DNA of 64,000 nucleotides. Origin: Octopus sinensis (lineage: Eukaryota). The stretch is taken from assembly GCF_006345805.1 (NCBI RefSeq), contig NC_043000.1:4464001-4528000 (forward strand), written 5' to 3'. Position 1 is the stretch's first letter, and every line of letters begins with the position of its first letter. This document shows positions 50,561 to 64,000 of this stretch, piece by piece. The notes below the pieces were generated by a model. That model saw nothing but the letters and a program-made list of their open reading frames with translations, was not told where the DNA came from and did not search any database. The position numbers and the translations under genes are program-made.

Positions 50561-50837
50561 CAAGCTTACCTATTCTCAGTTACTTTGAAAGGTGATGTTC
50601 TCTGCCCTCTCTTCTATTTGTTGATACCTTTGTTTACCTACCATGCAGTATTCACTGTTAGTTTATGCACAGGCTATGCGGGAAGACAGAATAAAGGGGC
50701 TTTTTTTAGCTTATCTCTGAAAAAATAGCTCCCTTTGCTGTTGAATTAAATAAACTTGCAGAGGGGAAGTTTCAGCATCTTCCTTCAATTTCCTTACACA
50801 TTTATGTGGCTGTTTCTGAAATGAAATTTTGCTTTAG

Positions 50838-50893
50838 GTTAGACCCTAAAGATATGAGGAATGTAAAAGTTAGGGACAGAACTGGAAATGTAG
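50838..50893 (+). CDS. Candidate 56-nt exon (LDPKDMRNVKVRDRTGNV)
   Basis: ttttgctttag| acceptor, TAG|gtgagt donor, phase 2 to 1, joins 39422-39481. Confidence 0.4.
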
Positions 50894-51489
50894 GTGAGTA
50901 GAGATTGCAAGGTTGTATGTTAGAAGTGAGAGATCATTAGTGATAGAGAATAAGTGAAGGGATGAATATTATGAACAAGTGTTGAGAGATGATAAGTACA
51001 GGAGATAGAGGAAAGAGAAGAATAGGTGACAACTGCAGAAATTGGGTGGGGTTGAACAGGAAAAGGCTGAGAGGAAAATCTATGACACTTCAGTGGGGGG
51101 GGGGGGGCAAGGAGCTGTCTGACAGCATAGAAAAGAAGGTGAGGGTAAAAAGTAGCAGAATAGTAATAACAATAATAATAGTCATGAATTTTGGCACAGG
51201 ACCAGCAGTTTTTGAGAGGAGAGGGAAGTCAAAGTCAATTATATCAACTTCACTACTTGACTGATACTTATTTTATTGACCCCAAAAGGATCAAAGGCAA
51301 AATCAGTCTTGGTGCAATTTGAACTCAGAATGTAAAGACAGATGAAATGCTTAAGTATTTTGTCTGTCTTTATATTCTGAGCTCAAATTGTTGATTCTGC
51401 CATCTTGCCACCTAAGTAATAACAATCATAGCAATAATAATAATAATAATAAATAATAATAATAATAATAAATAATAATAATAATAATA

Positions 51490-51815
51490 ATAATCCCTTA
51501 ACGCCCGTTTTCCATGCTAGCATGGGTTGGATGGTTTGACCGGGGTCTGGGAAGCCAGGAGGCTCCAGTCTGATCTGGCAGTGTTTCTACCAACCACTCT
51601 GTGAGTGCAGTGGATGCTTTTTACGTGCCACCGGCACGAGGGCCAGAGGAGGCTGGCAACGTCCATCATTGGTTGGTGCCTTTTACGTGCCACCGGCATG
51701 GAAGCCAGTCAAGGCGGTGCTGGCATCGGCCACGTTTGGGTGGTGTTTTTTACGTGCCACTGGCACAGGTATCACAACTACAATTTCCATTTGATTTTCA
51801 TTTTGATGTTCATGT
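51490..51815 (-). mobile_element. RTE 3' tail fragment
   Basis: Reverse complement of the RTE tail. Confidence 0.75.
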
Positions 51816-52429
51816 ACTTGACTACAAAAGGCACAAGGCCTGCAATTTGGGGGGAGGAGGCTGGTCAATTATATCCACCCCAGTACTCAACTGGTACTTA
51901 ATTTATTGACCCCAGAAGTATGAAAGGCAAAGTCAACCTTGGTGGAATTTGAACTCAGAATATAGCAACAGGCAAAATGCTGCTAAGCATTTCAGCCAGC
52001 GTGCTAATGATTCTTCTAGCTCACCAATAATAACAAAATAACAAATTTGCTAATATGTTTACTGTAGAGAGGGAAGAAAGAGTATGGGAAAAAGAGAGAG
52101 AGGGGAGGTGACATGTTGTTGGGTACATTGTAAGAGTGTGAGGCAGATGTAGTTAATGGTGGAGAAACGTATGATGATGGACAAAAGATACTTTGATGGC
52201 TATAGTAAGCGATCAATGTAAAACGTGGGTGGAGAGGACAGCGTTAAGAATGAAAGACGGATAATAAACAAAATGCAAGTAGTCTCAAGGAAAAGCATTC
52301 TATACAATTCTGTTCATAGTTAATTGCATTAGCAAAATAGCACGGTTATAGCAACGGTGGGTGGTGAGAATGTCTTGAGGAGGAAATTAGACAGGGGTGG
52401 GCAGTTGTGCATTAATATTTTCATATTTT

Positions 52430-52590
52430 GCTTCAAGATTTTCAGTTCTTCTGAACTGGGTTGGTCTTCTTGAGAGCAGCATCTCACCAGTCATCTTGGT
52501 TTTTGTCGTCTCCTCCATGAAGTTCAAGGTCCTGAGATTAGCCTTCACCAATTCAGTCCATGCCTCCCTAAGTTTCCACAAGATCCATCT
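52430..52590 (-). mobile_element. RTE ORF2 C-terminal remnant
   Basis: LREAWTELVKANLRTLNFMEETT resembles the RKTWDEVVKHD..LGLT.AMT segment at 540-610. Confidence 0.55.
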
Positions 52591-53080
52591 ACATTGAGTA
52601 GCATTTCTATATATAAATGTTCTCATTCATATGCATTATGTGTCCAAATCAGTGCAGTGGCAGTTATAGTGGCAACATTGTCATCATCATCATCAATATC
52701 ATCATCGTCATCACATCATCATCATCGTGTTTCATCATCATCATCATCATCACTAACCCACCACCACCACCACTACCAACTTCACCACCACCATCACCAT
52801 CAACCTCATCATCATCCTCACATCCCCCCTACAGCCATCATCATCATCATCAATATCATCATCATGATCATCATCATCATGATCATCATCATCATGATCA
52901 TCATCATCATCATCGTGTTTCATCATCAACATTACCATCACTACCCTGCTACCACCCCACTACCACCACCATCATCGTCATGATCATCCTCACCACCACC
53001 ACCCTACATCCATCATCATCATCACCACATCCACCTTCACCTCCACCCCTATCACCACAACCACTGATGGCGCCACCACT

Positions 53081-53112
<32 letters not shown>

Positions 53113-54191
53113 CAACACCACCAACACCATCATCATCATCATCATCTTCATCATCATCACCATCATAATCATCATCATCATTCCATCCATTCTAATTAAT
53201 ATTTGGTAATATGTTTATAGATGATAACATCTGAAAGTTGCAGCAAGCAGTGCAGCCAATATCCTGAATCTCTGATAACAATATCAATTTGTTTAAACTT
53301 CTATTTAATCTCTTCTCTGTTCTAAAAGAATGTAATGGCTACAAGGCTTTAATATCTGGTTGTAATGAGAATAACACGGTTGTATAAGCTCTCATCTTTA
53401 CTATCTTTGTTAATATATTGTACCTTTTGAGCCAAATACATAAAAACTATTTATTTCATTTTACCTGATGGAACATAAAGCCGGTTCCATGCCTCTGCAT
53501 CACAGTTGAATGATAATACTAGGTAAAAAAAAGACCCAGCCATTATTAATGATATTTGCTTCAACATATATACCAGTGTTGGCAGACTTATGCCATGTAA
53601 GTCAATAGTGATATGCCATGCGGTTTTTAGGCGAACTGTGATGAATTTTGAAAAAGAAATTTTTCCCTGTGATATCATGTTATAAAAATTTTATTATAGC
53701 CACAGGAGTGGCTGTGTGGTAAGTAGCTTGCTTACCAACCACATGGTTCCAGGTTAGTCCCACTGTGTGGCAAATGTCTTCTACTATAGGGGACTGAAGC
53801 TAAAAAACAATAGTTTCAAATAAAACACCTTGACCACAAGGTCATGCCTCTACACAAAAACTTAATCGTCACCAATATATATATGACAGTCCAATAACAG
53901 GAGATTTCAACTTGCCAGGCCAAAACAATATGCTGTCATGAATATTAACCATCTCATAATTATTGAATCATGGACAGTGATCAGAGCAAATTCTTTGGAA
54001 AGGAATGATTGTTCCAAACTGCCACTTTTTTTCCCTCTCTTAAAATACAGTCTATAATCAAAAAGAAATTAAAAAGACGGATCAGAAAGTAATACAATTC
54101 TTATGTGCATTACTTTTTATTATCCCTTTCCTATTCAATACAGTTAATTCAGAGCTGGATGCAAAATTTTTTCCCCACAAGAATTCTGGAG

Positions 54192-54226
54192 CCCAATAAT
54201 GAACTCATTTGCATACAGCCAATCAG
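54192..54226 (+). promoter_or_regulatory. Octamer (ATTTGCAT) next to CCAAT boxes
   Basis: CCCAAT at 54192, ATTTGCAT 54207-54214, CCAATCAG 54219-54226. Confidence 0.3.
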
Positions 54227-54849
54227 AGCTCACCTTGACCTTATTGTCAAGTTAACAAACACACTCTACCAACTAAACTCGAGATGAAGAATGGTGTTGT
54301 AAGTCGACTGATCGCCAAGTCATGCCTGAGTTTATGAGACAAGTAATTAGATAGATTTGCATCTATACCTATTATTGGATTTTGTTAGAGCCCCTTATGG
54401 TAAAGATGTGGATGAGAAAAATATGGGTATAGGGTGAAGTGCTTGCAACCAATTAATCAGTGGAGTTAATATGATCAAGTATCCATTTCTAAAATGTTGT
54501 TGACCTTGTGCCAGAATTAGAAACTAGAATTATTATTTTTATTAAAGCTTTCTGTATTCAGAATCTTTAGAAAGTAAACAACATAAGTTACTACACAGAG
54601 GCAGCCATGGTTGAAACAAGAACAAGAAGCATCATTAAAAAGAAAAGAAGCATGGTCATTCCTTACCCAAGTGACCTTATTTTATCACCCATCACGTGTT
54701 ATGTGCTCATAAATTAGTTTGATAGTTGAGCTCTGATTGCCTGTTTGCAAATGAGTTCATGACTGGGGTCCAGAACTGTTGTGGGAAAAAAAATTTCGTG
54801 GACTGGACAAGGTTTATCAATGTCTTATTGCTAATCGGCTTACTCTCTT

Positions 54850-55069
54850 TACTCCCTTTTGCTTGTTTCAGTCATTTGACTGCGGCCATGCTGGAGCACC
54901 ACCTTTATATTCGAGCAAATCGACCCTAGAGCTTATTGCTTATTCTTTGTAAGCCTAGTTCTTATTCTATCTATCTCTTTTGCTGAACCGTTAAGTTACG
55001 GAGATGTCAGCACACCAGCATTGGTTGTCAAGCGATGCTGGGGAGAAAAAAAGACACATAAACATATGT

Positions 55070-55100
<31 letters not shown>

Positions 55101-55260
55101 CGATGAGCTTCTTCCAGTTTCTGTCTACCATATCTATTCACAAGGCTTTGGTCAGCCTGAGGCTATAGTAGAAGACACTTGCCCAAGGTGCTATGCAGTG
55201 GGACTGAACCCGGGACCATGTGGTTAGTAAGTAAGCTACTTATCACACTGCCACTCCTGC
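54850..55260 (-). mobile_element. SINE family A
   Basis: Family motifs. Confidence 0.85.
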
Positions 55261-55651
55261 ACCTTAATATAAAAAAGAAAATGCTACATGCTTTTCTCCA
55301 CAAAGCCCAAATAGCTTCTTCCTAATGTTCTCATTGAGGGTAAAGCAATTTCACATGCAACACCAACAACATTTCTCAGCATTCATATTGATGAGTCCCT
55401 CGGTTTCAAAACACATATAAGCAATTTATGAAAACAAGATTCCCATATTCTTGGTATGTTAAATAGAATTTCTTACTTTCTTCACAAAAATGTTAGAATC
55501 ACTCTTTATTATTCTTTAATATATTCAAAGTTCTCTTACTGTGTTTCTGCTTGGAGAAATTGCAAAGTTCGCTTACTCAACCATGTCATTAATAAATCAT
55601 AGAAGACTCTCAATATAAACAATCATCAATCAAAATTACTTTTGTTTAATA

Positions 55652-55682
<31 letters not shown>

Positions 55683-55694
55683 CATATATATATA

Positions 55695-55739
<45 letters not shown>

Positions 55740-55935
55740 AAATAAATAAATAAGTCAACATTCTAATATCCGAAAACTGATGAACCAACTAAATTGTTTC
55801 TCCATTTTCTTATTTGTATTACATATATTTATATATATATATATACTTTATTTAAAAGCAACAGAAATTCAACAAAACCTGTTACTCAGAGTTTCACGTT
55901 ATATTTCTAAAATGTTGTTGACCCTGTGCCAGAAT

Positions 55936-55975
<40 letters not shown>

Positions 55976-55978
55976 TAC

Positions 55979-56009
<31 letters not shown>

Positions 56010-56231
56010 ATTATTATTACATATACGAATGCATACATACATATATCTGCATGTATTCACACGGCAGTTTAAATTTAAATTCAAACTGGCTGTGTGCATA
56101 AGTGCAGATATATGTATGTATACGTTCATATATGTAAGTATTCGTGTGTTGTATGTATATATATATATAAATATATTTGTATTTATGTGCTGTGTATATT
56201 CCGCTGATGAGGCAAAGCATTTCTTATGCAG

Positions 56232-56261
56232 AGCCAGAAATCCAGGATCTGGATTTATCCA
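56232..56261 (+). CDS. Possible 30-nt exon (EPEIQDLDLS); alternatively part of a hammerhead-like repeat
   Basis: ttcttatgcag| acceptor, |gtaaaa donor, phase 1 to 1, joins 50838-50893. Confidence 0.25.
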
Positions 56262-56699
56262 GTAAAATTTCTTGCTAGTTTATTTTGTCTTTTTGTCTTC
56301 TCTCCTGGTGCTGTATGAACATTTAATGTGGTTTAGAGTCAAGTTTTGGCTGCTATTTCCAGCGTGGTGGTATCTCTTAGATACCCTAAATTATAATTTT
56401 AATAATAATTATTACCTTTGAAGGATTCTATTCCCATGCTGGCCACTTGATAAGATCGATATTAAAATAACGATCTTATCCTTATTTATATAAATATAGA
56501 TATATATATTTATACAACTCTGCCATTAAGTTCCACAAAATATTACATCATGACTGCCATACTTATTTCTATTAAATTATCTGTCACCATTCTCTCTCTC
56601 ATAACTACTAAACAAGCGGTATCGCCAAGTTGAATTTTGAAACACCCTTTTGTTGAGTATCAATTTGTCAAAAAAGCTTTATATATAACAGTGTTAACA

Positions 56700-57098
56700 T
56701 ACTCTTTTACTTGCTTCAGTCATTTGACTGTGGCCATGCTGGAGCACCACCTTTAGTCAAGCAAATCGACCCCAGGACTTATACTTTGTAAGCCTAGTAC
56801 TTATTCTATTGGTCTCTCTTGCCGAACCGCTAAGTTACAGGGATGTAAACGCACCAGCATCAATTGTAACACAGACGCACAAACATTTTCACACACACAT
56901 ACATGTATATATATATCTATATATATATATATCTACATACGACAGGCTACTTTCACTTTCCATCTACCAAATCCACTCACAAGGTATTTGTCGGCCCAAG
57001 GCCATAGTAGTAGCCACTTGCCCAAGGTGCCACGCAGTGGGATTGAACCCAGAACCATGTAGTTTGTAAGCAAGCTACTTACCACATAGCCATTCTTA
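56700..57098 (-). mobile_element. SINE family A
   Basis: Family motifs. Confidence 0.85.
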
Positions 57099-57415
57099 CA
57101 CCTTTATAAACTTTATTTTATAGACCTACAGTATTTATAATCTTTTTAATATTTTATATTTCCAGACGTTTTTGACTACTTTGCTTGCATGCAAAGGATG
57201 TTCCTTTTTTATATATAATTAATGACCTATCTATTTTTTTGTTTTTTTATTTTTGACCTCCTACCAACTTGCCCAAATTAGCCAAGCTGCCAAAGGGTTT
57301 AATTCAACTTTTAATGCAATTTCTGAAAAAAAAAATTTTTTTACTTATTGTAATCAATAAAAAAATATTCAATGTAAATTGGATTAATAAATTTATTTAT
57401 TTATTTATCATTATA

Positions 57416-57582
57416 TAGGTTGTGTGGTAAATAGCTTGCCTACCAACCACATGGTTCCAGGTTCAGTCCCACTGCATGGCACCTTGGGCATGTGTCTTCT
57501 ACTATAGCCTCGGGCTGACCAAAGCCTTGTGAGTGGATTTTGTAGGCAGAAACTGAAAGAAGCCCATCGTATATATGTGTAT

Positions 57583-57666
<84 letters not shown>

Positions 57667-57875
57667 ATGTGTGTATATATGTTTGTGCCCCCAACATCGC
57701 TTGACAACCGATGCTGGTGTGTTTACGTTCCCGTAACTTAGTGGTTAGGCAAAAGAGACCAATAGAATAAGTACTAGGCTTACAAAGAATAAGTCCTGGG
57801 GTTGATTTGCTTGACTAAAGGTGGTGTTCCAGCATGGCCACAGTTAAATGACTGGATCAAGTAACAGAGTAAAAG
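57416..57875 (+). mobile_element. SINE family A
   Basis: Family motifs; SINE family B fragment follows at 57880-58070. Confidence 0.85.
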
Positions 57876-58388
57876 ACACCAAGCGAAATATTTAGTGGTA
57901 TTTCGTCTGTCTTTACATTCTGAGTTCAAATTCCACCGAGGTCAACTTTGCCTTTCATTATTTCAGGGTCAATAAATTAAGTACCAGTTGCATACTGGGG
58001 TCGATCTAATCTACTGGCCCCACTCCCCCAAAATTTCAGGCTTTGTGCCTAGTGCAGAAAAGATTATTTATTTGTCGTTGTATACATATACATACTAAAA
58101 ATTGACTCACTCTTGTGTTATAATAGGTGCAGGTATGGATGTGTGGTTAGAAGCTTGCTTTGCAAACACATGGTTTCTGGTTCAATCCCACTGCATGGCA
58201 CTTTGGGCATATGCCTTCTGCTATAGCCCTGGTTCAATGAATGCCTTGAAAGTGAATTTGGTTAAAGGAGACTGTCTGGAAGCCTTATGTGTGTATGTGT
58301 GTAGTGGAAACAGACTGGACCTGAAAGGATGTGGTTACCGCATGGCTACACCTGCACTCATATGTGTGTGTATGTGAACGTGTGCGTG

Positions 58389-58421
<33 letters not shown>

Positions 58422-59194
58422 AGATTGGTAGATGTTGATGCATACATACAGAGAAAGAGAAAGAGAGAGACAAGAACCAAAAAAGCAATAACTAAATAAG
58501 ACAGGTTCATGATGAGAATTATTTGTTTGATATATGTGTATGCATGTGTGTGTGTGTGTAAGTGTGTCTGTGTGTCTGTGTCTGTGTATGTATGTCTGTG
58601 TGTGTGTCTGTATGTATGTGCATGTGTTTGTGTTTCTGTGTGCGTCCGTGTCTGTGTATGTATGTATGTTTGTGTGTCTGTGTGTCTGTGTGTCCATGTG
58701 TATGTGTCTGTGTGTGTGTGTGTGCATGCATGTGTGTATGTGAGTGTGTATGTGTGTGGGTGTCAGTGTTTGCATGCGCACGTGTGTGTGTGCATGTGAG
58801 TGTGTGTGTGTGTCTTTGTGTACATGCGCGCACATGTGTGTGCATGTGTGTGATTATGTGTGTGTATCTGTGTGTGCATACACGCGTGTGTATGTGTATG
58901 TGTGTGTGTGTGTGTGAGTGTGTGTGTTTTTCTCAGAGGCTAAATCGACATGAACAGTGATGGTGCATTGAACAAATATACTTTTGTGATATTTAGGCAG
59001 ATTTAGACATTTGATAAACAGCAATCAATAAAAGAAATAGCAAACCAAAGTAGCAGAGTTGGTATACTTCACTAAAACACTTAAAGGCACAGTCCCAGAA
59101 TTTAGGGCAGTACAAAAACTGAAACCAGGTGAACAAATTTATATAAATTCGCACAATGCAGTAAGAATGAATTTTGAGTAGCTGTTAACTTAGT

Positions 59195-59226
59195 GCAATT
59201 TTTTTTTATCTTATTTTAAGGTATGT
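59195..59226 (+). other. Candidate recursive (AG|GT, zero-length exon) splice site
   Basis: gttaacttagtgcaatttttttttatcttattttaag|gtatgt. Confidence 0.4.
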
Positions 59227-59472
59227 ATGACTTAAATACCTACTAAATATCTAACTCGCTTTGTAATTAAGAGTGCACCTAACCTCACGTGTGCATATGC
59301 TCACATATTTGGTAATGTTTGTATGAGCATGTGCATTCGTGCCATGCTTCTTGCCCAAGGGCGTTTATACATTCATATCGGTTAACGGTTATTTTCAATA
59401 ATTTTCTTGCTGGATTAAGTGTTCATTTCTCTTTTTGTCTTCTGCAATTTTATTTATATATATATATATATA

Positions 59473-59870
59473 GGTGCAGGAGTGGCTGTGTGGTAAGTAG
59501 CTTGCTTACCAACCACATGGTTCCGGGTTCAGTCCAACTGTGTGGCACCTTGGGCAAGTGTCTTCTACTATAGCCTCAGGTCGACCAAAACCTTGTGAGT
59601 GGAATTGGTAGACAGAAACTGAAAGAAGCTCACCGTATATGTATATGTTTGTGTGTGTGTGTGTGTGTTTGTACCCCCCAACATTGCTTGACAATCGATG
59701 CTGGTGTGTTTATGTCCCCATGACCTGGCGGTTCGGCTAAAGTGACCGATAGAATAAGTACTAGGCTTACAAAGAATAAGTCCTGGGGTCCATTTGCTCG
59801 ACTAAAGGTGGTGCTCCAGCATGGCTGCAGTCAAATGACTGAAACAAGTAAAAGACAGAAAGAATAAAGA
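59473..59870 (+). mobile_element. SINE family A, full length
   Basis: GCAGGAGTGGCTGTGTGGTAAG A box, GGTTCAGTCC B box, CCTTGGGCAAGTGTCTT CORE-like segment, microsatellite, tail. Confidence 0.9.
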
Positions 59871-60022
59871 ATATATATATATATGTATATATATGTATAT
59901 ATACATCTCCTTCTGGCAAACATCAAATACTTTTCCATTCTTCCCAAGCATTAAACTAATACACCTGCTTGATGTTTCTTCACTTGTTTTTGTCTTGTCT
60001 TTTGTTTTCTGTAAATTTGAAC

Positions 60023-60055
<33 letters not shown>

Positions 60056-61354
60056 GCATACACACACACATACCACCAACACAGATAGATAGATAGATAG
60101 ATACATACATACATGCATGCATACATACATACATACAAACACCATCATCATCATCATCACTATTACATACCTCCTTCATCTTCATCCCTATTTGACATCT
60201 ATGTTCCAAGTTGGTAAGAGTGGGATGACTTGAAAAGATCCAATGAGTTCAAGGACTGCATCATACTTCAGTGTCTGCTTTAGCATGGTTTCAATGGCTA
60301 AATGCTCTCCTAAAAGCAACCACTTTACATGCACTGAATACCTTTTTAGTACCACCAACACTAGTGAAGTTGCTAAGCAGCTTGCAAAACTGTGAATCCC
60401 AAGGGAGCAGCTTTATGCTGGGAGATAAACGATTAAAGCCTACACTACCCATCAAATTCCTAACAGTGATATATCCTTAGTTTAGTTTAAATTCTGGCTC
60501 CTGCCAATTGGCTGTAAAACAGGTTCCAACTCCAGTGTTGGGTGATTAGAATAATAAAGTTCCCCTACTGTGACTTTGAGACCCATCCAACCCATGATTT
60601 TATAAAAGAATCAATGTCAAACTAAATATACTGCAGTAATATATTTTCAAGAGGTATTATGGATATCTCAAATTTAAGAAGGCAACAATAATTTTATTTA
60701 ATATTGATGTCAAAATATGGAAATACTTCTGTAACTCTTATTTCTCATGGATTTATTGACTCTGAAAAACGATAATTTTCTAGAATTTCTAATAATGTAA
60801 AGGACAGATATAAAACCACTTCTAAATAATTTCACTGTTTGTCAAGATCTTCGGCTTTGGGAAAGAACACTTCAATGAAACTAAAACTTCACAAGATATA
60901 ATTAGTTTAGCTTTTAAAATAGAACTGAAAGAAGGCAGAAATTAATTTCAGTTTGATCACTTGCCATGCCTTTAAGTGATATTTGATGCACCTCTTTTGA
61001 TGTTTGATATCCTAAAGAAGTGTACTTGAAGTCTGTTTTATCTACCAACTAATCCTTTATCCAAATCACCAGGATGAAAGAATTCGGTGCCTGTATTGCT
61101 TGTTTTGTGTGGTGTCGGTTACGTTGCAATTCATGAACAAAGAGCATGGTTGGTTACTAGTTTCAAATGAGCCAGTTAGTGATTCAATATATTTCTGGTG
61201 ACAAGTGAGTGCTTAAGCCAATACATGGACACTGTCATTCATAAAACTTTCTTTTTACAGTTGTTTATCAACGTTTACCAGGTTGAGTCAAAAGTTTCTC
61301 AAATGTTTTCTGATGATTTTTTGGCAGCTTGTATCTCTCTTTCTCTCTTTTCTC

Positions 61355-61554
61355 TCTTTTACTTGCTTCAGTCATTTGACTGTGGCCATGCTGGAGCACC
61401 GCCTTTAGTCGATCAAATCGACCCCGGAACTTATTCTTTGTAAGCCCAGTACTTATTCTATCGGTCTCTTTTGCCGAACCACTAAGTGGCGGGGACGTAG
61501 ACACACCAGCATCGGTTGTCAAGCAATGCTAGGGGGACAAACACAGACACACAA

Positions 61555-61585
<31 letters not shown>

Positions 61586-62098
61586 CATATATACGACAGG
61601 CTTCTTTCAGTTTCCGTCTACCAAATCCACTCACAAGGCATTGGTCGGCCCGGGGCTATAGCAGAAGACACTTGCCCAAGATGCCACGCAGTGGGACTGA
61701 ACCCGCAACCATGTGGTTGGTTAGCAAGCTACTTACCACACAGCCACTCCTACTCCATGTTATATATATATATATATATATCTAATATATATTGTCCAAT
61801 CGTTGCTGAATTGTTTATTCCTTGTTTATAACATACTCTCTTACTCTTTCCTTTTTTACTTGTTTCAGTCAGTTGACTGTGCCATGCTGGAGCAACGCCT
61901 TTAGTCGAGCAAATTGACCCCAGGACTTATTCTTTGTAAGCCTAGTACTTATTCTATCAGTCTCTTTTGCTGAACCACTAAGTTATGGGGACTGCTGAAC
62001 TGCTAAGTTACACGGACGTAAACACACCACCATCGGTTGTCAAGCGATGTTGGTGGGGACAAACACAGACACACAAACACACACACATACACATGCAT

Positions 62099-62141
<43 letters not shown>

Positions 62142-62310
62142 CATATATACGACAGGCTTCTTTCAGCTTCCGTCTACCAAATCCACTCAAAAGGCTTTGG
62201 TCGGCCCAAGGCTATAGTAGAAGACACTTGCCCAAGGTGTCATGCAGTGGGACTGAACCCGGAACCATGTGGTTCGTAAGCAAGCTACTTACCACACAGC
62301 CATTCCTACG
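61355..62310 (-). mobile_element. Two adjacent SINE family A copies
   Basis: 61355-61755 and 61850-62310. Confidence 0.85.
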
Positions 62311-62329
62311 CCTATATAAACATTGTTTA

Positions 62330-63760
62330 TTTTTTATTTTATAGTTTTAATAATGAATAATAAAAAAAATTACAATTAAAACCATTTTACTCTACCTGTG
62401 GAAAATAGTCTGAGTGCAAGGGCAATGGCAAGAAAACTTAATCCTATGAAAAACCCAGGAACTGTCAACAAATGGGTGGCACAAAACTAATTCAAATGTT
62501 TCAAGGAAGGTAACACCAGCCTTGAAAACAAACCAAGCTGAGGGAAACCTTTCATTTTAGAAGATGAAGCTTTGCTAGATATGGTTGACCAACAGCCAAG
62601 CACAAACGCTCAAACATTGTCAGCAGAACTTGGCGCTTCACAAAGTACCATCAATCAACACCTCCATATGCTTGACCTTGTGGGCAGATGCTGTCAAAAA
62701 TCTCTTCTTGAACTGACCAATGACCTGGCCCAATGATATATGAACATTTGCAAACAGGCTGACAAATCCTTGAGATGACTGTTTTTTGGCATCGAATTAT
62801 AACATGAAAAATGAATTTATTTTTGTAATCCGAATAAGAGAAATCAGTGGCATCATTGCAACCAAGCTTCAGAACAAGGGCAGTTTGAACAGGACGTTAT
62901 GTTGTGTCTTTGATGGAATTGTACTTTGAGCTTGTCCCAAACAGTTATACTGTGAAGAATAAACTTTATGTTTAACAATAGCAGTGAGTTTATGATACTT
63001 TGAAAGCCTGCTATCTAGAACTGGTCAATCAAAGACTGACCCAACACACACTACCAATATGATCAAGTACAAACTGGAGTTACTTGAGAGGGCGGAAATG
63101 TCACATCACTCTGCTTAATCTCTTTACTTGTTTTAGTCATTTGACTGAAGCCATGCTGGAGCATCGCCTTTAGTTGAGCAAATTGACCCCAGGACTTATT
63201 CTTTGTATGCCTAGTACTTATTCTATCGGTCTCTTTTGCCGAACTACTACGTTACAGGGACGTAAACCCACCAGCATTGGTTGTCAAGCAATGTTAGAGG
63301 GACAAACACAGACACACAAACACACACATGCATACATATATATATATATATATACAACAGGTTCTTTCAGTTTCCATCTACCAAATCCACTCACAAGGCC
63401 TTGGCCAGCCCAAGGCTATAGTAGAAGATGCCCAAAATGCCACGCTGTAGGAGTGAACCCGAAACCATGGGGTTGGTAAGCCAGCTGCTTACCACACAGC
63501 TACTTCTGCGCCTACTGTCCTACTGTCTAGATTTTGCACCATCAGACTACTATATTTTCTGAGTCATGGCTCATCTCCTGTATGGACGGAGGTTCAACAA
63601 TGTGGATGAGGTTGAAAATAGTTGCAGGGAGATTTTTGCCTCTAAACCAGCCAAATGGTTTAAGCATGGAATTAAGCTTCCGGCACAATGATAGCAACAG
63701 ACAATAGAATATGATTGTGATATATTTTGGGAATAAACGCTTTTCATATGCAAATTGTTT
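62330..63760 (+). mobile_element. Heavily decayed mariner transposase interrupted by SINE family A (63120-63512, -)
   Basis: F.EGNTSLE.K, LSAELGASQSTI..HL and LDFAPSDYYIF remnants; the SINE sits at the PHPxYSPD motif region. Confidence 0.75.
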
Positions 63761-64000
63761 GAATTATTAATTAAAATTTGAGATACAAAAATAATTTTGA
63801 CTCAATCTGTTATGTCTATAGATATACCAACACAAAGCAGTAAAAGATGCAGACACATATATACATACCTCTGCGATATTTGTCACCCATCACCACCTCA
63901 ATTCCATTCTACTATCACTTACCAATACACTAGCTATCATCCACCTAATATTAACAATGCACACACACATACACATTGACACTCACACACACACACTTTC

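Overview
Eukaryotic, AT-rich, microsatellite-saturated DNA that is mostly intronic or intergenic. The repeat families look like those of coleoid cephalopods (Octopus); this is recognition from memory, not a database result. Clearly visible: an internally deleted CMC-group (Chapaev3-like) transposon with a non-autonomous Helitron inserted precisely in it, a second complete mini-Helitron, two decayed mariner copies, mariner and piggyBac MITEs, 3' remnants of RTE, CR1/L2 and L1/Tx1 LINEs, and many copies of three tRNA-derived SINE families. Several short Penelope-like (PLE) fragments carry minimal type-I hammerhead ribozyme motifs (near-intact at 3226-3308, 39948-40075, 40229-40354 and 49548-49601). 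Two of these form a ~157-bp-arm inverted repeat. A 1.9-kb 12-bp GC-rich minisatellite (35.2-37.1 kb) explains the longest ORFs, and most other ORFs in the track are microsatellite artefacts. No complete gene is visible. Splice-signal reading suggests a + strand long-intron gene (3-nt and 15-nt microexons, several phase-compatible small exons, an AG|GT recursive-type site) and two or three exons of a - strand membrane-protein gene at 8-15 kb. I could not assign either to a known protein. Repeat boundaries are approximate unless terminal motifs are cited.
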